Origin: an uncultured bacterium
GTDB taxonomy: Bacteria; Pseudomonadota; Alphaproteobacteria; Sphingomonadales; Sphingomonadaceae
NCBI GenBank assembly: GCA_966112795.1
Contig: CBHWED010000001.1
Span: forward strand, 1 to 45,377
Reading direction: 5' to 3'
DNA length: 45,377 nt
Below are positions 1-8,174 of the stretch, piece after piece. The position numbers were made by a program, and so were the translations under genes. The first letter of the stretch is position 1; each line of letters starts with the position of its first letter. The notes beneath the pieces are model-generated. The model saw only the letters and a list, made by a program, of their open reading frames with translations. It did no database searches and was not told the DNA's origin.

Positions 1-13
1 GGCGCGCGGGCCG

Positions 14-379
14 GTGACGATCGAGGCCGAGGCGTTGCAGAAGGCTTACGCGGATGACCCGGACGCGGCCGCCGCGCGCTTCGACGGGCGTGAGATGGTG
101 GTCAGCGGGGAATTCCTCCGGATCGTGCCCGACGGCTACGGCAGTCTCGACTTGCGCTTGAAGACCTCCAACCCGGACACCGAGCTCGGCATCGACGTCA
201 CGCAGCTGGCGATCGAGGATGCCAAGCAGCTGCGGCCGGGACAGCGGGTGACGGTCAGTTGCCAGGGCATGGGCGGAGGCGGCGACGAGCTGTGGGTGCG
301 CGATTGCGCGATCCAGCTTGGAGCCCCTGCCGCCCCGCTGCCTGCCGACCCCTCCCCGCCCGCCGAAGGACAGGAATAA
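14..379 (+). CDS. tRNA_anti-like OB-fold protein, probably 5'-truncated by the window edge
   Basis: Pattern 'I.A..L..AY.....AA...F.G....VSG ... L.PGQ.VTV.C' is typical of the tRNA_anti-like OB-fold family. The frame is open back to the window start. Confidence 0.65.
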   Translation: MTIEAEALQKAYADDPDAAAARFDGREMVVSGEFLRIVPDGYGSLDLRLKTSNPDTELGIDVTQLAIEDAKQLRPGQRVTVSCQGMGGGGDELWVRDCAIQLGAPAAPLPADPSPPAEGQE

Positions 380-445
380 GCGCACGGGCGCCTCGTCCGT
401 TTCGGTTTGGCTGGCGACTGGGCGCGAAGTGAGGGAACTTCGAGA

Positions 446-508
446 GTGCCCCTCCACCACCGGCCTGCAGCCGGTGGGCCCCCTCCCCGAGCACCGCTCG
501 GGGATGAT
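446..508. repeat. REP-like palindromic intergenic element (half unit)
   Basis: GTGCCCCTCCACCACCGGC-ctgca-GCCGGTGGGCCCCCTCCCCGAGC-acc-GCTCGGGGATGAT forms two hairpins and closely matches the right arm of 34154-34282. It lies between convergent genes. Confidence 0.75.
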
Positions 509-1078
509 TTACTGGAGCACGCCGAAGTTCATCACCGGGTAGGCGAGCAGGAACCCGAGCGTGCCGACCGCCAGCGCCGCATGGAACCGCAGGTTGCGCG
601 TGCGGATCGCCACGGCGAACAGGACCGCCAGCGCGATCATCGCGATCGGGTACTGTGGGCCGAGCTCGCGGAAGTGGGCGAGGCCCTTGAGCAGGCTGTC
701 GATCATGTCGACCACGATGCTGGCCAGCGCGACGCCGAAGAACCACGCGCGGCGCGAGAGGAAGTAGTCCTCGAAGCCGGCGTAGTCGGCGAGGTCGCGC
801 GGGAACAGCAGCGCGCACGAGAGGTAGATCAGCACCGCGTAGACGAGCACGAAGCAGTAGAGGCCGAACGACCACTGGCCGGTCTCCGAGAGCTGGAACT
901 CGGTCCACCACCAGAACACCGTCCTCAGGAAGATCGCCGCGACCCAGGTCAGGTGGAGCCACGAGGGCTTGTCGCGGTGCGGGTGCTGGACCACGCCGGC
1001 GACGCCCTGGAGCAGATGGGTGATCCCGAGGCCGATGATCACCGAGGCCAGGACCATGACGTAGTTGAAGATTTCCAC
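509..1078 (-). CDS. Hypothetical integral membrane protein (about 6 TM)
   Basis: GTG start at 1078 after an AGGGGGG RBS (VEIFNYVMVLASVIIGLGITHLL...). Several hydrophobic segments. The track ORF start at 1177 is probably too long. Confidence 0.8.
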   Translation of the reverse strand: MEIFNYVMVLASVIIGLGITHLLQGVAGVVQHPHRDKPSWLHLTWVAAIFLRTVFWWWTEFQLSETGQWSFGLYCFVLVYAVLIYLSCALLFPRDLADYAGFEDYFLSRRAWFFGVALASIVVDMIDSLLKGLAHFRELGPQYPIAMIALAVLFAVAIRTRNLRFHAALAVGTLGFLLAYPVMNFGVLQ

Positions 1079-1295
1079 GACGGCGCCCCCCTGCGTGCGA
1101 CCGGGAATTGCTACAGGATCGGGGGGTGGCTGCAATGGGCCCGGCGCTTTTGCGCGGACGAGGAAGCGATAGCGCACGAGGAAGCGGCGTCGCCCGAGCG
1201 CAAGCGCGCGGGCTCAGCGGTGAATGCGAAATTGGTTGCATTTTTACCAGACTTGTGCCATATAGGTTTCTTCCGAGTCGAGGGAGGGACCTGTC

Positions 1296-1946
1296 ATGAA
1301 GGCGCGCACGTCGTACATGGCCCGGGCCTGCGGGGAGGTGGTGGCGGACGACGATCCGCTGCTCGATTTCGCGCCTGCGCCGCACACGCATCCGCGGGCA
1401 AACTCGATCACCGCCGAGCGGCAGCGGGCGTTCGTGGCGCAGCTCCTGGCGACCGGGATGGTCAAGGACGCCGCCGTGCATATCGGAGCGTCGACCGAGG
1501 CGCTCTATGCGCTGCGGCACAAGCCCGGGGCCGAGGGATTCGCCGCGGCGTGGGACGAGGCGGTCGAGCGCGCGATACTCCAGGTCGAGCACGCGGCGAT
1601 GCAGCGGGCGATCCACGGGGTCGAGCGGCCGATCGTCTCGGGGGGCAAGCTGCTCGGCTGGTACCCGGTGCACAACGAGGCGCTGGTCATGTTCCTGCTG
1701 CGCCAGCGGCGGCCCGACAAGTACGGCGCCGAGCTCGCGCTGCGACTCAAGCCAGGCGACAAGCTCTACGAGCAGATCAAGCGGGAGGTGATCGACGCCG
1801 AGCGCAACGATCCGGCGTATTCGGTCGAGGCGCTCGACAAGTTCCTCCAGGGCATGGTCCAGCGGCGGAAGGCCAATACGGCGCTCCTCGAGGAGTTCGA
1901 GGCCGAGGATCGGCGCGAGCGCGGCGAGGATGATGGCGAGGATTGA
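1296..1946 (+). CDS. Hypothetical protein resembling phage terminase small subunit / HTH
   Basis: GGAGGG RBS. Motif 'ERQRAF...L..TG.V..AA...G.S....Y.LR....AEGFAAAWDEA ... A..RAI.GV..P ... L.MFLLR..RPDKYG'. Confidence 0.7.
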   Translation: MKARTSYMARACGEVVADDDPLLDFAPAPHTHPRANSITAERQRAFVAQLLATGMVKDAAVHIGASTEALYALRHKPGAEGFAAAWDEAVERAILQVEHAAMQRAIHGVERPIVSGGKLLGWYPVHNEALVMFLLRQRRPDKYGAELALRLKPGDKLYEQIKREVIDAERNDPAYSVEALDKFLQGMVQRRKANTALLEEFEAEDRRERGEDDGED

Positions 1947-1965
1947 GGCGTGAACCCCGCCAACA

Positions 1966-2003
1966 CCCCTTCCCATCCCCGCCGACGCGGGGACGGGGAG
2001 GAT
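1966..2003. terminator. GC-rich hairpin between convergent genes (REP-like, probable bidirectional terminator)
   Basis: CTTCCCATCCCCGC-cgac-GCGGGGACGGGGAG stem-loop, ending in GGGGAGGAT like the other repeats. Confidence 0.55.
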
Positions 2004-2007
2004 CGGA

Positions 2008-4845
2008 TCAGGGGGCGGCGGCCGGCTGGGTGATCGCGGCGGCGGGGACGACTTCGACCGGCAGGCCGAGCGCGTCGAGCTGGGGGCGGACGACCGAGGC
2101 GTCGCCGACGACGACCCAGACGAACTTGTCGGGATCGAGCGCGGCGCGCATCGCGCTGTCGAGCTGGGCGGCGGTCATCGCGCGGTATTTCCCGGCGACC
2201 GTGTCGTAGAAGTCGTCGGGGCGGTGCCAGGTGTCGTTCTGCAGCATCGCGCTGAGCACCGCGGCCGAGGTCTCGAAGCGGCCGGCGAGCTCGCGGGTCG
2301 TGCCGTTGACCTCGCGCGCGAGCTCGGCCTCGGTGACGCCCTTCGTCGTGAGGAACTCGCTGACCTGCTGGCGGATCGCCTCGATCGAATCGCCGGTGCG
2401 GTCGGCCTGGACCGGGGCGCTGATCACGTAGGGCACCGCGTGCTCGAGCCAGTTGAAGCCGCCGCTGGCGCCGTAGGACCAGTGCTTGTTCTCGCGCAGC
2501 TCCATGTTGATGCGCGAGAGGAAATTCGAGCCGAGCACCTGGTTGCCGGTCATCTGCACGAGCAGCTCGTCGGTCGGGCGAAGCGGGGTCATCTGCCCGG
2601 CGAGGATCACCGATTGCGGCGAGTTCGGGCGGTCGAGCAGGAGGATCCTGGGCGCCGATTGCGCGGGGGCGACGGCGAACGACTTGGTCCCGGCCGCGCC
2701 CTCGCCGCGCCACGAGCCGAAGCGGGCCTCGAGCGCGGCCTGGACTTCGGCCAGCGGCAGGTCGCTGACGACGAAGATCTCGGCCTTGTCGGGACGGATC
2801 CACGCGCGGTGGAAGGCGACGAGGTCGTCGCGGGTCAGCCGGGCGACCGCGGCCGCGTCGCCCGAGCCGGCGGCGAGCTTGGCGTAAGGGCTGCCGGGGC
2901 CGTAGAGCAGGGTCGGCATCGCGCGGCCGGCGATGCCGGCGGGGCTCGACAGCTCGATGCCGATCGAGGTCAGCAGCGTCGCGCGCAGGCGCTCGACCTC
3001 GTCCGGGGCGAAGGCCGGGTTGCGGACGACGTCGGCGAACAGGTCGAGCGTGGCGCCGAGGTTGGGGCTCGGGGCGGCGGCGATCAGGTAGGTGCGGTCG
3101 GGCGAGGCGCCGGTGCCGATCGTAGCGCCGAGGCGCTCGCGCGCTTCGGCGATCTGCGCGGACGTGAGGCTGGTGGTGCCTTCGGGGAGCAGCGAGAGCG
3201 CCAGGCTCTGCGTGCCGAGCTTGCCCGCGGGATCGGCCGAAACGCCGGCATCGAAGCTCATCAGCACGCGCGTCACTGGAACCGCGTCGCGGTGGGCGTA
3301 GACGAGGCCGATGCCGTTCGACAGCGTGCTGCGGGTGACCTCGGGGAAGTCGAGATCGGTGATCGCGGCGACTTCGGGCAGCGCGCCGCGCGTGCCCGGG
3401 GCAGGCGGGGTCGCCGCAGCGGGGGCCGCGGGGGCGACCGCAGCAACCGACTGCGATTCCTGGTAGGCTTCGCGCTCGCCGGGGGAGATGGTGATCGTCA
3501 GCGGGGGGCGGGTGAGCCACTTTTGGCCGGCGGCCTGGATCTGCTGCGGGGTCAGCTGGGCCATCGACGCGAGGTAGCGCTTGAAGAAGCCGGGATCGCC
3601 GGAGAACAGCTCGCCTTGCGCGAGCGTGACCGCCTTGCCGCCGCCACCGCCGACCGACTCCAGGCCGAAGATGCGGCCCGAGACCTGGGTCGTGACCACG
3701 CGCTGGACCTCGTCGGCGGTCGGGCCTTCGGTGATGAGCTGGCCGACGATCTCGTCGAGGCGCTTCGATACCGCGGCCGGGTCGACGCCGGGGCGGACCA
3801 CGGCCTGGACGAGGAACATGCCGAGCTGCTCCATCGACTGGACGCCCGAGCTCACCTGCACCGCGAGCTTCTCGTCGCGCACCAGCGCGTTGTCGAGCCG
3901 CGAGCTGGCGAGGCCGCCGAGCACCGAGGCGAGCGCATCGAGCGGGACCGCGTCGGGGTCGTTGACCCCGGGCACCGTCCAGCCGCGCACGATCAGCGTC
4001 GCGGCGACGCGGTCGTGCATGGCGATGTCCTGCGGCGCGGGCAGCGTCGGCACGGCGACCGCCGGCAGCGGGGTCGGCGGACCGGCGGGGATCGCGCCGA
4101 AGTACTTCTCGACCAGCGGGCGCGCCTCGCGCGCGTCGATGTCCCCGGCGAGGACCAGCACGGCGTTGTTGGGGCCGTAGTGCTGGCGGAACCAGGTCTT
4201 GACGTCGTCGAGGCTGGCCGCGTCGAGGTCGGCCATCGAGCCGATCACGTTGTGGCTGTAGGGTGTGCCGGCGAGCAGGTTCTCGACCAGCTCGTAGAAC
4301 AGCAGGCCGTAGGGCTGGTTGTCGTTCTGCCGCTTCTCGTTCTGGACCACTCCGCGCTGCTCATCGAGCACGACCTGGTCGATCGCGCCGAGCAGGTGGC
4401 CCATGCGGTCGCTCTCGAGGAACAGGGCGCGGTCGAGCGCGGGGCGCGGGACGGTCTCGTAGTAGTTGGTGCGGTCGAAGTTGGTCGTGCCGTTCATGTC
4501 GGTCGCGCCGACCTCGCGCAGCGGCGCGAAGAAGTCGCCCGGGGCATTCTCGGTGCCCTGGAACATCAGGTGCTCGAACAAGTGGGCGAAGCCGGTCTTG
4601 CCCTCGGGCTCGTCCTTCGAACCGACCCCGTACCAGGTCGCCACCGCGACGACCGGGGCCTTGCGGTCGGTGTGGACGATCACCCGCAGCCCGTTCGCCA
4701 GGGTGAAGCTGTCGTAGGGGATGCTGACCCGCTCGACGAGCTGCTCGACCGGGACCGGGTCGGCGGCATGAACAGCGATCGGCTGCGCCAGTAACGCGGC
4801 GGCAACGAGCACGGGCAACGGATGAAACAGGCGGCGCATCATCAT
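2008..4845 (-). CDS. Secreted M16 family (pitrilysin/PqqL-like) zinc peptidase, two-module
   Basis: Signal peptide MMMRRLFHPLPVLVAAALLAQPIAVHA; inverted zincin motif HLFEH; NGTTNFDRTNY; second module with 'LRENKHWSYG'. Start is one of three ATGs at 4839-4845. Confidence 0.92.
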   Translation of the reverse strand: MMMRRLFHPLPVLVAAALLAQPIAVHAADPVPVEQLVERVSIPYDSFTLANGLRVIVHTDRKAPVVAVATWYGVGSKDEPEGKTGFAHLFEHLMFQGTENAPGDFFAPLREVGATDMNGTTNFDRTNYYETVPRPALDRALFLESDRMGHLLGAIDQVVLDEQRGVVQNEKRQNDNQPYGLLFYELVENLLAGTPYSHNVIGSMADLDAASLDDVKTWFRQHYGPNNAVLVLAGDIDAREARPLVEKYFGAIPAGPPTPLPAVAVPTLPAPQDIAMHDRVAATLIVRGWTVPGVNDPDAVPLDALASVLGGLASSRLDNALVRDEKLAVQVSSGVQSMEQLGMFLVQAVVRPGVDPAAVSKRLDEIVGQLITEGPTADEVQRVVTTQVSGRIFGLESVGGGGGKAVTLAQGELFSGDPGFFKRYLASMAQLTPQQIQAAGQKWLTRPPLTITISPGEREAYQESQSVAAVAPAAPAAATPPAPGTRGALPEVAAITDLDFPEVTRSTLSNGIGLVYAHRDAVPVTRVLMSFDAGVSADPAGKLGTQSLALSLLPEGTTSLTSAQIAEARERLGATIGTGASPDRTYLIAAAPSPNLGATLDLFADVVRNPAFAPDEVERLRATLLTSIGIELSSPAGIAGRAMPTLLYGPGSPYAKLAAGSGDAAAVARLTRDDLVAFHRAWIRPDKAEIFVVSDLPLAEVQAALEARFGSWRGEGAAGTKSFAVAPAQSAPRILLLDRPNSPQSVILAGQMTPLRPTDELLVQMTGNQVLGSNFLSRINMELRENKHWSYGASGGFNWLEHAVPYVISAPVQADRTGDSIEAIRQQVSEFLTTKGVTEAELAREVNGTTRELAGRFETSAAVLSAMLQNDTWHRPDDFYDTVAGKYRAMTAAQLDSAMRAALDPDKFVWVVVGDASVVRPQLDALGLPVEVVPAAAITQPAAAP

Positions 4846-4921
4846 CCCTTTCTCGACGATGCCCGCACTATAGAGGCCGGTATTACTGCGACAATACACT
4901 AATGCGCGTGCCGCACGCCGG

Positions 4922-5587
4922 TCAGCGGCGCGGCGACGACGCCTGGCGCAGCTCCTCCTCGGTGACCCACGCGTCGTGATTGGCGTCGACTTCCTCGAAG
5001 TGCTTGCCCTCGAGCGCGGCGACCTCGGCGAGCGAGGCGCCGCCGTCATGGTCGGTGTTGGCGGCGACCAGCATGGTTGCGTTGAGCGGCACCACCAGGC
5101 GGGCGAGAACCAGACCGCCTGGGCCGCGCTGGGGCTCGGGGCGGAGGTCCTCGGAGACCTGCGTGTTGCTCGCCGCGGCCGCGCCTTCGTCGGACAGCAC
5201 GACCGAGCCGAGGCTGCGTTGCCACTGGTTGAACTCGGCGAAACTGACCGACTGGTTGCGGTCGGCATCGATGCTGGCGAAGCGGCTGTGGATCGCCGCG
5301 TCCTTGCGCGTCTCGATCACCGCACGCAGCTCGGCGAGGGTGAGCAGGCCGTTGCGATCGCTATCGGCCGAGGCGAACATCTTCTCGACCGCTTCGTCGA
5401 ACCGGTCGCGGCGGACCGCCTCGCCCGGAGTGCGACGCCGCTCGCCGGCGGTGACGTGCTCCATGCCTTCGACCGGGGTGCCCATGCCTTGCTGGCCGTC
5501 CTGGCCGTTCGAGTTGTCCTGCGCCCACGCCGGCAACGGTGCGAGCAGCATGAGGGCGAACCCTGCCGCGACAACAACACTCTTCAT
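4922..5587 (-). CDS. Exported EF-hand domain protein
   Basis: Signal peptide MKSVVVAAGFALMLLAPLPAWA; four EF-loop-like motifs: DSDRNGLLTLAE, DADRNQSVSFAE, NTDHDGGASLAE, DANHDAWVTEEE. Confidence 0.8.
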   Translation of the reverse strand: MKSVVVAAGFALMLLAPLPAWAQDNSNGQDGQQGMGTPVEGMEHVTAGERRRTPGEAVRRDRFDEAVEKMFASADSDRNGLLTLAELRAVIETRKDAAIHSRFASIDADRNQSVSFAEFNQWQRSLGSVVLSDEGAAAASNTQVSEDLRPEPQRGPGGLVLARLVVPLNATMLVAANTDHDGGASLAEVAALEGKHFEEVDANHDAWVTEEELRQASSPRR

Positions 5588-5764
5588 CTCGCCGTCCCTT
5601 TCCGCGCGATCCCGGACCGAGGCCGTATGCCCACACCCCTGCCGGTGGCAACCGAGCTTTTGCGTTCCCGGCGCTCGGTTCGCCGCAATTCGGCTTTCGG
5701 CAGGATGAACGGGACTCGGGGAGAGCTGCGGTTCTCCGACCGAAGCTCCGTGCGGGCTGCGAAA

Positions 5765-5792
5765 TGGGTCCTGAAACAAGTTCAGGATGACG
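5765..5792. repeat. REP-like hairpin of the 'GTCATCCTGAACTTGTTTCAGGA' type
   Basis: TGGGTCCTGAAACAAGTTCAGGATGACG with inverted repeat TCCTGAA/TTCAGGA. A degenerate ...CAGGATGA unit also occurs near 5690-5710. Confidence 0.6.
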
Positions 5793-5816
5793 AGATGAGT
5801 TGGCGCGTGCGACGCG

Positions 5817-7205
5817 TCAGGCGCCGGCGCCCCGCTTCGCGCGCCGGTTGCGCAGGATGCCCCAGGCGATGAAGGCCACGGTGATCACCGCCGAGGCCGC
5901 GCCGAAGGCCAGCGAGCCGACCGCGAGGATCAGCGGGACGCTGAGCGCGGTGAGCACGCCGCCGCCGAGGAAGGGTTCGTAGAACAGCTGCTTGTAGCCA
6001 TAGCCCATCGCCGCCCCGGTCGTGTGCGAGGGGTCGGCCATCTCGGCGAGGATGAACCCGGTGGCGACATTGCCTTGCGACTGGCCGTAGTCGGCGATGC
6101 CGCGCTCGAACCAATGCGTGCGGAAGAACAGCGGAGCAAGCCACAGCAGGCCGAGGACGCTCCACGCCAGCGAGAGTACGGTGAGGATCGCGATGCTCGG
6201 AACGTTGGCGCCGAGCGCGGCCAGCGACAGCGTGCCGATTGCGGCGGCGATCAGCATGTCGAGCGAAAGGCCGGTGATGTCGTTGACCGTGCGCCGCTCG
6301 ACGAGACCCTCGTTGCCGCTGCGCGACAACGCGAGCTGGACCGCGAAGCCGCCGATGATCGTAAACGGGAACAGCGGGAAGCGGTCGAACAGATCCGAGC
6401 CGAACGCCCCGGCGATCGCGCGCAGCCCGGTGAGCACGAGGAAGCCGAGGAAGATCGCGACCGCGATCGCGCCGAAGCTGCGGCTGATCGAGCCAAGCTC
6501 GACGTCGCTCGCGATGTCGCCTTCGTTGGGCGGGACCTCGCTGAGGCGGCACGCGGTGAACCGCGCCGAAGTGCATTCGCGGGCGATCGTCAGGCGCGGC
6601 GAGCGCGCCGCCCAGTTGACCAGCACGGTGCCGCCGATCACGCCGGTGAGCATCGACAGCGTGGCGAGGCCGAGGCCGATATCGATCAGCTCGCCGGCGC
6701 CGGCATCCTCGAGCAGCCCGCCCATCCCGGCGATCGTGCCGTGGCCGCCGGCGAACGACATCTCGATGATCGAGCCGGCCGCGTCGGGCAGGCCGAACAG
6801 CGGGGTCAGCAGCAGGCTCACGGCGAGGCCGCCGATGGCGAACTGGCCGAACGAGAACACGCTGCCGAGGAGCGCGTGCGGCGCCGCGTGGTCCCAGATC
6901 CGCTTCACCGAGGGCAGCTTCTTGCCGACCATGATGCCGCCGAAGACGATGTTGATCAGCAGTCCCGGCAGCGTCGCGAGCACCGCAACGACTTGCGGCG
7001 GGATCAGGCTCCACCCGCCGGTCGCCTCGCCGAGCACTTGCGGCCCGGCGAGCAGGACGAGGAAGCCGGCGACCACGCTCGTCGGGATATAGACCGCGGC
7101 GAGCCACGGGATCGCCCGGCGCACGAGCATGCCGCCGATGAGCGCCATCCCGAGCAGCACGAGCGCGAAGGCGACCCATTGCGCGTCGGTGAGGGAGTCG
7201 AGCAC
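5817..7205 (-). CDS. gltS: Sodium/glutamate symporter (GltS/ESS family)
   Basis: Multi-TM protein with 'IP.SVVAG', 'SFAGGHGT' and 'YGQSQGNVATG' motifs. Start is GTG 7205 or ATG 7244. Confidence 0.8.
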   Translation of the reverse strand: MLDSLTDAQWVAFALVLLGMALIGGMLVRRAIPWLAAVYIPTSVVAGFLVLLAGPQVLGEATGGWSLIPPQVVAVLATLPGLLINIVFGGIMVGKKLPSVKRIWDHAAPHALLGSVFSFGQFAIGGLAVSLLLTPLFGLPDAAGSIIEMSFAGGHGTIAGMGGLLEDAGAGELIDIGLGLATLSMLTGVIGGTVLVNWAARSPRLTIARECTSARFTACRLSEVPPNEGDIASDVELGSISRSFGAIAVAIFLGFLVLTGLRAIAGAFGSDLFDRFPLFPFTIIGGFAVQLALSRSGNEGLVERRTVNDITGLSLDMLIAAAIGTLSLAALGANVPSIAILTVLSLAWSVLGLLWLAPLFFRTHWFERGIADYGQSQGNVATGFILAEMADPSHTTGAAMGYGYKQLFYEPFLGGGVLTALSVPLILAVGSLAFGAASAVITVAFIAWGILRNRRAKRGAGA

Positions 7206-7256
7206 CGAGGGTGTGTAGCAGACGGAGGGCGATTGCGAAGGCATGCGGCGTGCGCT

Positions 7257-7303
7257 CCCCCTCCGGCCGCTGCGCGGCCACCTCCCCCGTGAACGGGGGA
7301 GGA
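7257..7303. repeat. REP-like palindromic element (half unit)
   Basis: CCCCTCC-GGCCGC-tgc-GCGGCC-ACCTCCCCCGT-ga-ACGGGGGAGGA has the same two-hairpin layout as 446-508 and 34227-34282. Confidence 0.7.
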
Positions 7304-7439
7304 CTGGGGTTAGCCTCCGACGGGCGAGGACTGGGTTGGAAACCTCGCGTTAGGGATAGGGGTCAACCCTTTTGCCGCTTCCTGCCGCTAGCGGTGGCAC
7401 GATAGCCGCATTGGTCGCGGGCTTGGGGGGAATACCGTC

Positions 7440-8141
7440 ATGAATTATCGTCACGCTGCCCTTCTCGGGCTTCTCATCGCAGCGCAGCCGCTGGCCGCGC
7501 AGGAAACCGCGCCCGTCGCGGCGCCGGTCACGGTGGCCCCGTCGGTCACCACGCTGCGAGTCGGCACCGAGCTGTCGCTGCGGCTGGTCGAGGAGCTGAC
7601 CACCGAGGGCAAGCACCTGCATGTCGGCGATCGCTTCCGCATGGCCACCGTCGACCCGATCATGGTCAACGGCTGGACCGTGATCCCGGCCGGGACGCCG
7701 GCGATGGGCGAGGTTACCGAAGTGCGCAACAAGGGCATGTGGGGCAAGTCGGGCAAGCTCAACGCGCGCCTGCTCTACCTGAGCCTCAACGGCCGCCAGA
7801 TCCGCCTCAACGGCGCGTTCGACGACCGCGGGAACTCGGGCGTCGCCGGCGCGGTGGCGATGTCGGCGCTGGTGTTCGCGCCGGCGGGCTTCTTCATGAC
7901 CGGCACGAGCGCGCGGGTGCCCGCGGGCACCATGGTGCGCGGCTACATCGACGAGGAAGTGGCGCTGAACCTGCCTGGCGCGGCGCCGCAGCCTATGCCG
8001 ATGGCGGTTGCCCCGGCTCCGGCGATGGCGATGGCAGCGCCGCAAGTGGCGCCGGCAATCGCCGAGGCGGAGCCCGCCGAGGCGGCGCCGACGACGGCGT
8101 TCGTCAATCCGCCGCACCGCCGGCCGCCGTCCGCGCGCTGA
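7440..8141 (+). CDS. Exported hypothetical protein (beta-rich domain, Pro/Ala-rich tail)
   Basis: Signal peptide MNYRHAALLGLLIAAQPLAA; 'GT.L.LRL...L......VGD.F......I...G..VIPAGT...GEV' resembles TrbI/VirB10-like beta domains. Confidence 0.75.
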   Translation: MNYRHAALLGLLIAAQPLAAQETAPVAAPVTVAPSVTTLRVGTELSLRLVEELTTEGKHLHVGDRFRMATVDPIMVNGWTVIPAGTPAMGEVTEVRNKGMWGKSGKLNARLLYLSLNGRQIRLNGAFDDRGNSGVAGAVAMSALVFAPAGFFMTGTSARVPAGTMVRGYIDEEVALNLPGAAPQPMPMAVAPAPAMAMAAPQVAPAIAEAEPAEAAPTTAFVNPPHRRPPSAR

Positions 8142-8174
8142 CGCGCGGCGGCTTACGGCCTGCCTTCGGCGGCG

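Noticed and set aside
1262-1281. LexA box (GTTC-N7-GTTC) upstream of the TerS-like gene
   Set aside because: Only a degenerate match (GTTT-N7-GTCG); insufficient.
4846-5268. N-terminal extension of the M16 peptidase in the track
   Set aside because: It overlaps the EF-hand gene; the signal peptide and RBS place the start at 4839-4845.
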